Source: an uncultured Candidatus Actinomarina sp. (lineage in GTDB: Bacteria > Actinomycetota > Acidimicrobiia > Actinomarinales > Actinomarinaceae). From it: 62,226 nt of DNA. The DNA lies in NCBI GenBank assembly GCA_902555055.1, contig CACDQN010000005.1, forward strand, positions 1 through 62,226, given 5' to 3'. The position numbers and the translations under genes were made by a program. Positions 9,546 through 19,921 of this stretch are shown here, in pieces. The notes beneath the pieces were generated by a model. It worked only from the letters and a program-made list of their open reading frames with translations, was not told where the DNA came from and made no database searches. Every line of letters begins with the position of its first letter. Within the stretch, counting starts at the first letter, position 1.

Positions 9546-10568
9546 TTAACGTGAACTATACTCAGAAATTACTTTAAGCGCCTCTTCGAAACTGTCAACC
9601 GCGACAATAGCTGTTTCATCAGTTGACAAAGGAGATGCTTCTTCATAATTTGCAGTTGGTACCAAAATTAATTCTGAACCAGCTCTTTTTGCAGCAATAA
9701 CTTTTTGCCTAATTCCTCCAACAGGTCCTACTGACCCATCAATTTCTATTGTTCCAGTGCCCGCAATAATAAGTGAGTTTGTTATGTCGTTTGGAATCAA
9801 GTTATTATAGACATTAAGAGCCATCATAAGCCCAGCAGAAGGACCTCCTACATTACCTGTTTTGATATCTATTTCAAAAGGAAAATCGAACCTTTCATTA
9901 ACTGTAGTTGCCAAAAATCCTACCATAGGTTCATTATCGTATTCAATATGTTCAATTAATTGGGTGCTTATAGAGATTTCAGTATCTACACCATCAATGT
10001 CTCGGGTTAAACCAATTGTTACAGTTTCACCAATATCGTATTTTCTTAGTGTTGCAATAAATTCAGAAGCAGAAAAAATTTGTTCATTATTAATTGTTGT
10101 AAGTAGGTCACCTTTTAGCAATTTATCTTTTACAGGAGAGTCATCCAATATTCCAACAACAAGAACTCCGTCACCTTTAGAATCAATATCATAATTTAAG
10201 TTTTTTAAAGCAACTGCAATTGCAACATTCTCTGAAGTTTTCATGTTTTGAATACTGATTTCACTTAATTCTTGTGGAGTTACTCCTTTTGGTAAAATAA
10301 CTTCTCTTGGATATAAATCAAAAGAATTATCGATATAAGACCAAAGATAAATTAAAGCTGAAGCTTCATCTCTTCTCACGGTAAGCTGAAAAAGCTTGCC
10401 ATCAAAATCATAATATTCAGTGTCACCATAATCTATATCCCACTGGTATGGAGGTCCAGGTGACATAAAATAATACTCAGTTTTAATCAAAGACAATGAT
10501 GAAACTGAAATAAATATTACCAAAAATATTAATAATCTTTTTTTTGATTTAATGGATAAATTTTTCAC
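9546..10568 (-). CDS. PDZ domain + Lon-like (S16) protease, YlbL family
   Basis: GGPSAGLM (Ser), IAGTGTI, VGGIRQK (Lys), central PDZ domain. Confidence 0.92.
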   Translation of the reverse strand: MKNLSIKSKKRLLIFLVIFISVSSLSLIKTEYYFMSPGPPYQWDIDYGDTEYYDFDGKLFQLTVRRDEASALIYLWSYIDNSFDLYPREVILPKGVTPQELSEISIQNMKTSENVAIAVALKNLNYDIDSKGDGVLVVGILDDSPVKDKLLKGDLLTTINNEQIFSASEFIATLRKYDIGETVTIGLTRDIDGVDTEISISTQLIEHIEYDNEPMVGFLATTVNERFDFPFEIDIKTGNVGGPSAGLMMALNVYNNLIPNDITNSLIIAGTGTIEIDGSVGPVGGIRQKVIAAKRAGSELILVPTANYEEASPLSTDETAIVAVDSFEEALKVISEYSSR

Positions 10569-10595
10569 AATTTTGATTTTAGGATATCAAATAAA

Positions 10596-10623
10596 TAAAG
10601 AGCCGGCAAAAGCCGGCTCTTTA
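10596..10623 (-). terminator. intrinsic terminator after the ABC substrate-binding gene
   Basis: Perfect hairpin TAAAGAGCCGGC-AAAA-GCCGGCTCTTTA followed by a U-rich tract on the minus strand. Confidence 0.85.
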
Positions 10624-10641
10624 AAATAAGTTAATTAAAAC

Positions 10642-12021
10642 TTAACTACAAGGACCTGATTCCCAGTCATGTGCTCCTGCAGTAGGGCCAACATAGTTCC
10701 CTGCTAACAATTTCACACCACTACCAATAGTTCCGTCTGGTATAGCAATAAAGCTTTCAGCGTCTGCTCTGTTTTGTCCTAATTCTCTTGTTGGCATCAT
10801 GCCATCAGAATCAACATAAACGTTTGCAGCTGCTCTTCTAATACCAGCTCTTGTTAAGTCTCCACCTTTAGCTGCAGCTTCTAATACACCTTTTAAGTGG
10901 TGTTGTGAAGCCCAACCAGCTACTAAGAATGTATTCGCTGAATCAATTCCCATAGCTTGGAAAGTTCCTCTCATTGTTGCGTGTCCTGGTGTGTCCATTT
11001 CATAAGGACCAACGAAGGCCATTAAGTACATGGATCCAGAATTAAACAACGGAGCTAAAGCAAATCCTTCTCTAACAAATGCATCATTAAAAGATGGTGC
11101 AGCCATCATAGAAAGAGGTGTTAAACCTTGTTGGAATGCTCCACCAGCAACTTGCGCCATATGAGTAGGCCCAACAGCTGGGAAATAGGCATCAACTGGT
11201 TGCGTGACCATGAGTCCGACTGCTTGCGCAACGTCAAACTCTGGACTTGGAACTACATATTCCCAAGCAACAGTTAAGCCATTTGCTTCAGCAGCAGCTC
11301 TTACACCTTTGGCATAATCGCCACCATAGTCTCCAGCATATCCCATTATTCCAATTGTCTTTACATCAACTGGATAATTTGCCAAAGCCCAATCAACTGA
11401 GTTCATTCCGTCAGCACAGTATGCTGCACCGAACTCAATTACTAGACCTTTGTCAACAGATTTATATGACCAACCTGAGTACCAACTCATTGGAGCTGCT
11501 ATCAAGTTATCTTTATCCATTTCGTCAAGAATAAATAATGTTTGAGGCGTACCAAGTGACATAGCTAAAGCAGCAACGCTATCTTTTTGAGCGTTGTAGC
11601 CTTCTAAGTGTTTTTGAGGATTGTATCCTGTGTCATAACCTTCTACGATTGCAACACTGTAATCTCCAACACCGCCTGATTGGTTAGCCCATAGCCAAAA
11701 TGCTCTTTGGCCTGTTTCTAACGCAGGTCCTAATGGTCCATATGGTCCTGTATAATCATTGAGTAAACCAAGATATATACATCCTTTAGAAGGATCTGCA
11801 CCTGTTGGTACTCCACCTATTTCTGAAGGACAAGGATCTGACGTAACTCCAACACCTGTGTCAACTGTAGATGCAGTAGTAACAGCTGGGGAATCAAGAG
11901 TTTCCACAACTTCAGGAGTTGCTTCCTCTACTGTTTCCTCCGCGGTATCTCCACCACAAGCTACTAGGACAAGGGCTAGAACTGTAAAAAGAATGATTCC
12001 CTGCTTACGCAATGGTTTCAT
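10642..12021 (-). CDS. LIV/HAAT-type ABC transporter substrate-binding lipoprotein
   Basis: Lipobox LVACG, acidic linker, LGLLNDYTGPY, DTGYNP; last gene of the ABC operon. Confidence 0.88.
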   Translation of the reverse strand: MKPLRKQGIILFTVLALVLVACGGDTAEETVEEATPEVVETLDSPAVTTASTVDTGVGVTSDPCPSEIGGVPTGADPSKGCIYLGLLNDYTGPYGPLGPALETGQRAFWLWANQSGGVGDYSVAIVEGYDTGYNPQKHLEGYNAQKDSVAALAMSLGTPQTLFILDEMDKDNLIAAPMSWYSGWSYKSVDKGLVIEFGAAYCADGMNSVDWALANYPVDVKTIGIMGYAGDYGGDYAKGVRAAAEANGLTVAWEYVVPSPEFDVAQAVGLMVTQPVDAYFPAVGPTHMAQVAGGAFQQGLTPLSMMAAPSFNDAFVREGFALAPLFNSGSMYLMAFVGPYEMDTPGHATMRGTFQAMGIDSANTFLVAGWASQHHLKGVLEAAAKGGDLTRAGIRRAAANVYVDSDGMMPTRELGQNRADAESFIAIPDGTIGSGVKLLAGNYVGPTAGAHDWESGPCS

Positions 12022-12080
12022 TTTTCCCCCCTATATTTAATTAGTACTAATAACTATTAGGTTACTAGATTTTTGGAATC

Positions 12081-13184
12081 CTAGTAGGAAAATGGCCAAG
12101 CTTTAAAATAATTGCGTAACCTAAACCAAATACCCCAAAGCCCTCTGGGTTCAAAAATTAGGAAAGATATGATAAATAAACCAAATAAAATTCTCTCAAT
12201 CTGGCCCAAGTTTAAGGGAAGAGATTGTTCACCTATTTCAAAAACATGCAATAATAACTGAATTATGGCTGGGAACATAGTGTAGAAAAAAGCACCAAAT
12301 AAAGGACCCAGAACAGTTCCAGCACCTCCAATAACAACAATTGCAACAAAAACAATAGAATAAAGTAGGTTGAAAGTTCCCGGTTCAACTCCTCCAGAAA
12401 CTGTAAAAAACATAGCGCCACTTATGCCACCAAAAAAGCTAGACAAAGCAAAAGCAGAAGCTTTGTATCTAAATATATTTATACCTATGGCTTCAGCAGC
12501 TATATCTCCATCTCTGATTGCAGAATAGGCTCTTCCTGCTCTAGATCTAACTAAGTTTTTAATTCCAAGTCCACACAAGATGCATAAAGTTAAGGAGAGC
12601 AGGTAAAGTATTTGATTTTTTTCAAGAAAATAATCGCCAATTTGATATCCATTTTCTAGATATATTCCAAATAATTTTAATCTTGCTACTTTTCTACCTA
12701 ATCCCGCTCCACCTGTCAAAGATTTAAAATTTGAAAATAAGTGTGATCCAATAAAAACTAAAGCCAAAGTTACCAATCCTAAATTTAAACCCTTTAATCT
12801 GACAGTAATTGGTGCAATAATTAATCCAACAATTGCTGCTGTAATGCCTGCAACTGGCAACCATATAAGCATATCCAACTCAAAACCAATTACATTTGCT
12901 CCTGCGATTCCTCCAAGAACGGCTGATGTATAAGTACCAATACCTACAAAAAACCCATGTGCAAGGTTAATTTGCCCAGCAAAACCAGAAACTATATTTA
13001 AACCCCATGCTGCGATAGACATTAAAAATGATGAAGTAAGTAGATAGATCCAATATTCTGATGCTGTAAAACATAGAGAAAAAGAAAAAGCGACCATAAT
13101 AAAGAACCAACTTTTTTGGGTATTATTAGAAAATATTGCAGATTCTTTATTGTAATCTGTATAAAGATTTGGCCTACCTCTCAT
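12081..13184 (-). CDS. livM: LIV-type ABC permease (LivM-like)
   Basis: GLNIVSGFAGQINLAH, GRAYSAIRD...AAEAIGIN. Confidence 0.88.
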   Translation of the reverse strand: MRGRPNLYTDYNKESAIFSNNTQKSWFFIMVAFSFSLCFTASEYWIYLLTSSFLMSIAAWGLNIVSGFAGQINLAHGFFVGIGTYTSAVLGGIAGANVIGFELDMLIWLPVAGITAAIVGLIIAPITVRLKGLNLGLVTLALVFIGSHLFSNFKSLTGGAGLGRKVARLKLFGIYLENGYQIGDYFLEKNQILYLLSLTLCILCGLGIKNLVRSRAGRAYSAIRDGDIAAEAIGINIFRYKASAFALSSFFGGISGAMFFTVSGGVEPGTFNLLYSIVFVAIVVIGGAGTVLGPLFGAFFYTMFPAIIQLLLHVFEIGEQSLPLNLGQIERILFGLFIISFLIFEPRGLWGIWFRLRNYFKAWPFSY

Positions 13185-14101
13185 ACCCTCTCAACCTCCT
13201 CAGTGCCGAACAGGCCATCAGGTCTGAAGATTAAAATTACAAACATTATTAAGTAAGGAGCTAAAAGAGAAAAACCACTTCCAAGAGAAAAACCAATTAG
13301 ATTTTCAAACGGTATTTGATAGTAAGCAACATAACCTTGAGTAAGACCGATAATAATAGAACCAACAACAGCTCCTGGTATTGAATCTAATCCACCAATT
13401 ACAACAGCTGGGAGGGCTCTTAGAGCTATAAGAAAACTAAATTGACCTAACGTATTGAATCCACCAGTGATAAAAAATCCAGCAAATGCAGCCAAAATTC
13501 CTGCAATAAACCAAGCAAGGCCAAAAATTCTACCAACATTTATACCTTGAGCTAATGCAGCCTCCTGATCAAATGATGTTGCCCTCATCGCAACACCGTA
13601 TTTAGATCTTTTAAAGAATACAGATAGTATTAAAATTATTAATATTGCAGTCACCAAAGCAGTTAATTCTAAAAATTTTAAATTTACCCCTCCAACATTT
13701 ATTGCACCGAAGTTTCCAAAAGTTGGGAATGGATCGCCAAGATATCTTGGATTTATACCAATCCAACTATCAAGTACAGTTCTTAGCAAAATATCAATAC
13801 CAATAGTTAATATAGCTACTGAAAAAACCGGTTCCCCAACCATTGGCCTCAGAAAAGTTCTTTCAATAATTAAACTCAGCACACCGGTAAGAAATATACC
13901 TAAGATCAAAGCAAGCCAAAAAGGTATGCCTCTATCAACTGCCAAAGAGCTAATAATTCCTGCACCAACAACTGCAAGTGCAGGTTGGGCGAAGCTTAGA
14001 ACATCCATTGACTTGTAAATCAAAACAAAGCCAATAGCAACTAAGGAATATATCGCTGCAAGCGAAAGACCTTCAACAGTTGCTTGTAAAAATATTGTCA
14101 A
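13181..14101 (-). CDS. livH: LIV-type ABC permease (LivH-like)
   Basis: YSLVAIGFVLIY, GVAMRATS, IGGLDSIPGA, RPDGLFG. Confidence 0.88.
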   Translation of the reverse strand: MTIFLQATVEGLSLAAIYSLVAIGFVLIYKSMDVLSFAQPALAVVGAGIISSLAVDRGIPFWLALILGIFLTGVLSLIIERTFLRPMVGEPVFSVAILTIGIDILLRTVLDSWIGINPRYLGDPFPTFGNFGAINVGGVNLKFLELTALVTAILIILILSVFFKRSKYGVAMRATSFDQEAALAQGINVGRIFGLAWFIAGILAAFAGFFITGGFNTLGQFSFLIALRALPAVVIGGLDSIPGAVVGSIIIGLTQGYVAYYQIPFENLIGFSLGSGFSLLAPYLIMFVILIFRPDGLFGTEEVERV

Positions 14102-15948
14102 CTATACATTCCCTCAATTAGTTCACTAAATTGCTCCATTAACACATTTCTTTTAATTTTTTGAGTAGCAGTTAACTCTCCGTCTTCATGGTCAAGCTCT
14201 TTTGGTATCATTCTAAATTTTCTAATTTCTAAAGATGATGTCTGTTCATTTGCTTTAATAATCTCTCTCCAAACTAAGTCTTGGACCTCTTTTTTTTCAG
14301 ATAGATCCCTGTAAGTAGTGTGAGGAATATTTTTTCTTAATGCCCAATTTGAAACTGTATCAAACTCAATCGCTATCAATGCTGATAAAAATTTTCTTTT
14401 ATCTCCAATAACAATCGCATCTTTAATAAATGGTGATATTTTTATCTTATTTTCAATTTCTTGAGGTGAGACATTCTTTCCTCCACTAGTGATAATGATA
14501 TCTTTTTTTCTATCAACAATTTTGAGAAACTCTCCTTCAAAAACTCCGACATCTCCTGTGTGGAGCCATCCGTCTTCATCAATAGTTTCTTTTGTTGCCT
14601 CTTCATTTTTAAAATATCCTTTAAAAACTGCTCCCCCTCTTGTTAAAACTTCACCATCTTCCGCAAGCTTGATTTCCATTCCGTGATTTGGTACGCCTAC
14701 TGTTCCTAATTTCATTTTTTTATCATTATTTCCAGATGCATATCCACAATTCTCTGTCATGCCATATCCTTCAAAAATTGGAACTCCTAATGCTAAAAAG
14801 AACTTAAGAATTTCAGGTGCTATTGGTGCAGCGCCTGATATAGCTGTTTCTGCTTTGCTTAATCCTAATTTTTTCTTAAGAGCTCTAAATGAAAGAAGCC
14901 AACCTATTTTTAATAAAATATTTGCGATAGGGTCATTAAAATTACGGTTTAATTTGCGTTCAGCTGCAATATTCCCTAGATACATTGATACTTTAAATAG
15001 CTGTCTCTTAATAAAAGTAGCATCCTTCATTCTGACTATTGCTGCTGAATGCATTCTTTCTAAAATTCTTGGTACTGCCGGAAAAATTGTTGGCTGAATT
15101 TCGGCTAAGTCCATTTGTACAGTATCAATTGATTCGGCAAAGTTTATGGTAGCCATCGTGTGTGAAGCAATTAATAAATCAGTAAGCCTCCCAAAAATAT
15201 GACACAATGGTAAATACGAGAGAAACTGTGGTTCTTTTGATTTTACGCTCTCGACTAAAGAAAAATTTGGAATCTGTGATGCAACCCATGAAATGTTGCC
15301 ATGTGTAATCATAGAACCTTTTGGTCGACCTGTGGTACCTGAGGTGTAAACCAAAAATGCTACATCATCATCAACTAATGTTTCAAGCTGTTGATCAACA
15401 TATTCTGGAAAAGACTCAAACTCAGACTTTCCAATTTCAAGAAATTCATCAAAATGCATTAATTTAGGATGGTCGTAGTTATATAAACCCCTGTCTTCAA
15501 AATATACTATTTTTTCAAGCTCCGGAAGGTTATCAATAACCTCGAGTGCTTTATCAACTTGTTCTTGATCCTCGGCAAACAATATTTTTGTTTCTGAGTG
15601 CGAAAGTAGATACTCTACCTCTGATGCCGGGTTTGTTGGATAAAGACCTACACTAATCGCACCAATTGCTTGAATTCCTATATCAGCAATAAACCATTCA
15701 GGCCTATTCTCAGAATGGATTGCAACAGAATGTCCTTTTTCAATACCAAAAAATTTTAGGCCCATTGATAGATAGTTTGATTTCTTCCAAAACTCTTCAT
15801 AAGTAGTCTCCTGCCAAACTCCAAATTCTTTGTATCTCATTGCAATTTTATTAGGAAATCTAATAGAAGTATCTTTAATTTTTTTAGATGGAGTCATTCC
15901 ACCATCTCTTAAAATCTCTTCATAGATTTCTGTCATTGTCATTGTCAT
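14098..15948 (-). CDS. fadD: long-chain fatty acyl-CoA synthetase (AMP-binding)
   Basis: YTSGTTGRPKG, EGYGMTE, GWLHTGDVG, DRKKDIIITSGGKNVSP. Confidence 0.9.
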   Translation of the reverse strand: MTMTMTEIYEEILRDGGMTPSKKIKDTSIRFPNKIAMRYKEFGVWQETTYEEFWKKSNYLSMGLKFFGIEKGHSVAIHSENRPEWFIADIGIQAIGAISVGLYPTNPASEVEYLLSHSETKILFAEDQEQVDKALEVIDNLPELEKIVYFEDRGLYNYDHPKLMHFDEFLEIGKSEFESFPEYVDQQLETLVDDDVAFLVYTSGTTGRPKGSMITHGNISWVASQIPNFSLVESVKSKEPQFLSYLPLCHIFGRLTDLLIASHTMATINFAESIDTVQMDLAEIQPTIFPAVPRILERMHSAAIVRMKDATFIKRQLFKVSMYLGNIAAERKLNRNFNDPIANILLKIGWLLSFRALKKKLGLSKAETAISGAAPIAPEILKFFLALGVPIFEGYGMTENCGYASGNNDKKMKLGTVGVPNHGMEIKLAEDGEVLTRGGAVFKGYFKNEEATKETIDEDGWLHTGDVGVFEGEFLKIVDRKKDIIITSGGKNVSPQEIENKIKISPFIKDAIVIGDKRKFLSALIAIEFDTVSNWALRKNIPHTTYRDLSEKKEVQDLVWREIIKANEQTSSLEIRKFRMIPKELDHEDGELTATQKIKRNVLMEQFSELIEGMYS

Positions 15949-15950
15949 AA

Positions 15951-16721
15951 TTAACTAACTCCTAAATATGCATCAATTACTTTTGAATCTTTAACAATTT
16001 CTTCTGGCCGACCCTCAGCTAATTTTTCACCAAAATTGAGTACCATAACTTCTTCAGCAATATCCATCACCATATTCATATCATGATCAACTAAAATAAT
16101 TGTTTTTCCCATCTCTTCATGAATATCAATTATAAATCTAGCAATATCTTCGGTTTCTTCATTGTTCATACCAGCAGCTGGTTCGTCTAATAAAAGCACT
16201 TCGGGGTTTAATGCTAAGGCCCTTCCAATTTCAACTCTTTTTTGTACTCCATATGGCAAAGATAAAATATAAGAATACCTAAATTGTTCTATTTCTAAAA
16301 AGTCGATTATTTCTTCAGCAATCTTACGTGCAGCTAACTCACTTTTTCTAGTTTTTTTTGTATAAAGTAAGCTAGAAATAGGCCCATAGTTAAGATGCCT
16401 GTGAGCACCAATTAAAATATTATCAAGTACAGTCATGTTTTCAAATAGTTCTATATTTTGAAAAGTTCTAGCTATACCTAAATCTGCTACTTGGTCAGGC
16501 CTCAAATCTTTAATATTGTTTTCTCCAAAGCTCACATCGCCCTCTGTAGGCCTGTATATCCCACTGATACAATTAAAAATTGATGTTTTGCCAGCGCCAT
16601 TTGGGCCAATAATAGCGTAGAGAGATTTTGGCTTAACTTCGAAACTTACATTATTTAGAGCCGTAATTCCTCCAAATTTAAGTGTCACGTTGTCAAATTT
16701 TAATGAACTCATGACAACCAC
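15951..16721 (-). CDS. livG: LIV-type ABC ATPase (LivG-like)
   Basis: GPNGAGKT, RTFQN, LPYGVQKRVE, LLLDEPAAG. Confidence 0.9.
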   Translation of the reverse strand: MVVMSSLKFDNVTLKFGGITALNNVSFEVKPKSLYAIIGPNGAGKTSIFNCISGIYRPTEGDVSFGENNIKDLRPDQVADLGIARTFQNIELFENMTVLDNILIGAHRHLNYGPISSLLYTKKTRKSELAARKIAEEIIDFLEIEQFRYSYILSLPYGVQKRVEIGRALALNPEVLLLDEPAAGMNNEETEDIARFIIDIHEEMGKTIILVDHDMNMVMDIAEEVMVLNFGEKLAEGRPEEIVKDSKVIDAYLGVS

Positions 16722-17497
16722 CTCTTCTTCCTTTTATAATGCTTAACATCTTTAAATGATTTTCTTTTTGTTCCTTCCGGATTTAGTCCTAAGTAAAACT
16801 CGCGAACATCTTCATCTTTTAGTAAAACTTCACTTGGGTTATCCATAACAACATTTCCAGTCTCCATAATATATCCATGATCAGAAACGTTTAAAGCCAT
16901 ATTCGCATTTTGTTCAACTAGCAGGACCGTAACACCCTGTTCATTAATTTCTTTTATTAAATCTGCTATTTGATCAACTAATTTTGGTGCTAAACCTAAG
17001 CTTGGTTCATCTAATAAGAGATATGAAGGATCTGACATTAAAGCTCTTCCTATTGCTAACATTTGTTGTTCCCCTCCAGATAAATAACCAGCTTCACCTT
17101 TAGACCTCTGTTTTAATATTGGAAACATATCTAACACTTTTTCAATATTTGATTGAATGTCTTGGCTATTTGTATGACCTCCTAATCTTAAATTTTCAAC
17201 AACAGTTAATTCAGAAAAAATTCTTCTTCCTTCTAGCACTTGGGCTATACCTTTTTCAACAATCTTTGAAGGATTGAAATTTGTGATATCTTCACCATCA
17301 ACAGATATTGTGCCTTTAGTTATATCTCCATTTTGTATATCTAATAAACCAGTTATTGAGCGAATTACAGTTGTTTTACCAGAGCCATTACTTCCTAATA
17401 ACGAAACGATTTTACCCTTAGGTATTTCAAAAGATACTCCCCTTAACACTAGGATTACATCCTGGTACACAACTTCTAAATTTTGAACAGATAACAT
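16709..17497 (-). CDS. livF: LIV-type ABC ATPase (LivF-like)
   Basis: GSNGSGKT, LSGGEQQMLA, LDEPSLGLAP. Confidence 0.9.
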   Translation of the reverse strand: MLSVQNLEVVYQDVILVLRGVSFEIPKGKIVSLLGSNGSGKTTVIRSITGLLDIQNGDITKGTISVDGEDITNFNPSKIVEKGIAQVLEGRRIFSELTVVENLRLGGHTNSQDIQSNIEKVLDMFPILKQRSKGEAGYLSGGEQQMLAIGRALMSDPSYLLLDEPSLGLAPKLVDQIADLIKEINEQGVTVLLVEQNANMALNVSDHGYIMETGNVVMDNPSEVLLKDEDVREFYLGLNPEGTKRKSFKDVKHYKRKKRWLS

Positions 17498-17629
17498 TTA
17501 CGTACTCACTTTAAGGAATCCGGAAATAATTTTCAACTTATAGGGAATTTTATGTAATAAAGTATGAAACCTTTCAAAAAATTTGATTTGAAATATTGGT
17601 TACAATTAACCTCTATTTAATATAGATAC

Positions 17630-18838
17630 ATGGAAAAAGATAACTACTCTCAACAAGAGCTCTTTGAACAGAAAAAATATATTTCTGATTTAATTGAAGA
17701 AAAGTCTGAAAAGAAAAAAAGTTCATTGAATTTAATTATTGGCTCTTCTCTCTTGTCTAGTGGCATAATTTTATCTTTCTTATTTTTATTTGGCATATTT
17801 GATGAAGAAGAAATTGTCCTTCCTGAACCGATAACAATTACAGAAACTGTTAAAGAAAAAGAACTTGTAATGCCAAGAGTTGATTCAACAGAAGTTGTTT
17901 CAATTGCAGAATTGGCAACAAAAACAATAGTACAAGTTCAAGTTGGAACTCTTTCTGAAGATGGCGAGTTCTTTTCTGCTGGAGGTGGCTCAGGTGTGGT
18001 TATATCTGACGAAGGTTTAATAATGACTAATCATCATGTTATTGATAATTCAACAGAAGTTCGAGTTATATTCGAAGATGGAAGGTTATATGAAGCAACA
18101 ATTATTGGATCTGATAAGTTAACTGATATTGGATTAATAAAAATTAATGCATCCAATCTTATTCCCATTGCAATTGGTAATAGTGACAAAATGCTAGTTG
18201 GAGATTTAGCAGTCGCAATTGGACATCCTTTGACTCTAGGTGCTGCTCCAACTGTAACTACAGGGGTGGTTTCTGCACTTGAGAGGCGTCTTGATGTTGG
18301 GGGTGACACAATGGGTTCAGCAGTTACATTATTTGGATTAATGCAAACTGATGCTCCAATAACAAGGGGTTCAAGTGGTGGAGCTTTAATAAATAAAAAC
18401 GGTGAACTTATAGGAATCACAACTGCAATTGCTACCGCAGATGTGGGAGCTGAAGGACTTGGGTTTGCTGTACCTATAAACTTAGCATTAGGTATTGCTG
18501 AAGATTTAATTAGTGATGGAAAAATTTTACATGCCTTCCTAGGGATATTAGGCGCACAACATTTTGAAACTGCTGCTGATGGTGCAAGAGTCTTCTCTGG
18601 TGTGTATATACAAGAATTGTATGGTCCCGGAGGAGAAATATTTGCTATAGGTAAAGCTGGAGCACTTCCTGGTGATGTAATTAAAACAATTAATGGCGAA
18701 AGTGTAAAAACACTAGACGGCCTCATAACTATATTACGTACTAAAAGAGCGGGTGATCAAGTTGAGATTCAAATAATGAGAGATGCTCAAGCAATTACTT
18801 TAGTTTTCCAGTTAGATTTACGACCCTCTGATGTTTAA
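17630..18838 (+). CDS. htrA: HtrA/DegP-family membrane serine protease with PDZ domain
   Basis: TM anchor, TNHHV (His), TDIG (Asp), QTDAPITRGSSGG (Ser), C-terminal PDZ. Confidence 0.9.
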   Translation: MEKDNYSQQELFEQKKYISDLIEEKSEKKKSSLNLIIGSSLLSSGIILSFLFLFGIFDEEEIVLPEPITITETVKEKELVMPRVDSTEVVSIAELATKTIVQVQVGTLSEDGEFFSAGGGSGVVISDEGLIMTNHHVIDNSTEVRVIFEDGRLYEATIIGSDKLTDIGLIKINASNLIPIAIGNSDKMLVGDLAVAIGHPLTLGAAPTVTTGVVSALERRLDVGGDTMGSAVTLFGLMQTDAPITRGSSGGALINKNGELIGITTAIATADVGAEGLGFAVPINLALGIAEDLISDGKILHAFLGILGAQHFETAADGARVFSGVYIQELYGPGGEIFAIGKAGALPGDVIKTINGESVKTLDGLITILRTKRAGDQVEIQIMRDAQAITLVFQLDLRPSDV

Positions 18839-19878
18839 TGTCTGACGATATCTTCTCACAACTTTTTAATTTATTTAACAGTGACGATGAGAATGTAAAC
18901 TGGAAGCTTGCAGAACAAATCAACAATCATATTAATAAAGAAAGCCAAACTGACTATCTCTTATCAAATCAAGACTTAAACTATCAAGAAATTTTCAGAG
19001 TTATTCAACTAAGTGAGGAAAGTCAGGGAGATTTAAAGGATTCACCTAAAGAAATTTCAATGCTAGATTCAAAAGATTATGGTCTTTGGTTTTTGAACTC
19101 AATTAAACATTTTGACTTTAGCAATCTACAGATGATTGATACTAACACATTAGGATTAGCTGGAAATCAATCTTCATTAATAGGAATGCAATTAGGAAAT
19201 ATTGCAGGTTTTTTGAGCAAGAATACCTGGGGACTTAGTCACTTTGGAATTATTCTTCCAAAAAATGATAAGTTAGCAATAAACAAAAAAAACTTTGACT
19301 TACGTGTAGAGCAATTTGAAATCGATGATAAAGAAGCAACAATGGCTCTAATTCTATTAGAATTTGTTGCACTATCTCTAGGAAAGTACTCTGCTCCTTT
19401 CTCATATGTTGTTGAGCAAATGAGAAAAAGCAACGAGGAGCTTCTTAATCAAATAAAAGATATTGAACCAAATTTTGATGCTACAAATTTTTCAAATCCT
19501 GAAGAGCTTATGCAAAATATTCCGCAGCTTAACAACTTTGATATGGAATCTATCTTAGATGTAATATTTGCACCTTTAAGTTTTTATAGATCAGTAATAA
19601 AATTTTTAGCAAAAAATATTCTTAATATCATTGACGAAAGTGTAATTGATCTTGTAATGGATTTAGGTCTAGTTTCTAATCAAGGCCCTACCAGTGATTT
19701 TGAATTAAAAATTTCAAAATACGATGATGCTTCAGATGGATTCATTAAATTTTTAAATAATTCATCAAATCAATTATCACTGCTTGAAATTATTTCGGAT
19801 CAACATTTAATACCATCACTTGATGAGCTTAATGACCCAATATCATGGGCTGCAAGAACTTCTTTACCGCCTATTTAA
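18838..19878 (+). CDS. divergent homolog of the actinobacterial zincin-like putative hydrolase family
   Basis: VNWKLA at the N-terminus, LIGMQLG, and C-terminal PSLDELNDPISWAAR; syntenic with UPF0182/PDZ-Lon. The metal-binding motif is not recognisable. Confidence 0.6.
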   Translation: MSDDIFSQLFNLFNSDDENVNWKLAEQINNHINKESQTDYLLSNQDLNYQEIFRVIQLSEESQGDLKDSPKEISMLDSKDYGLWFLNSIKHFDFSNLQMIDTNTLGLAGNQSSLIGMQLGNIAGFLSKNTWGLSHFGIILPKNDKLAINKKNFDLRVEQFEIDDKEATMALILLEFVALSLGKYSAPFSYVVEQMRKSNEELLNQIKDIEPNFDATNFSNPEELMQNIPQLNNFDMESILDVIFAPLSFYRSVIKFLAKNILNIIDESVIDLVMDLGLVSNQGPTSDFELKISKYDDASDGFIKFLNNSSNQLSLLEIISDQHLIPSLDELNDPISWAARTSLPPI

Positions 19879-19921
19879 TTCAAACTTCGCTATTATATAT
19901 TTATTAAGAAAGGACTAAATT

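Noticed and set aside
12042-12067. Imperfect inverted repeat between livM and the SBP gene
   Set aside because: It is AT-rich and bulged; it might be an mRNA-stabilising stem but there is no supporting evidence.
18034-18726. 230-aa antisense ORF inside htrA
   Set aside because: It is the codon-mirror shadow of a well-supported gene and has no motifs.
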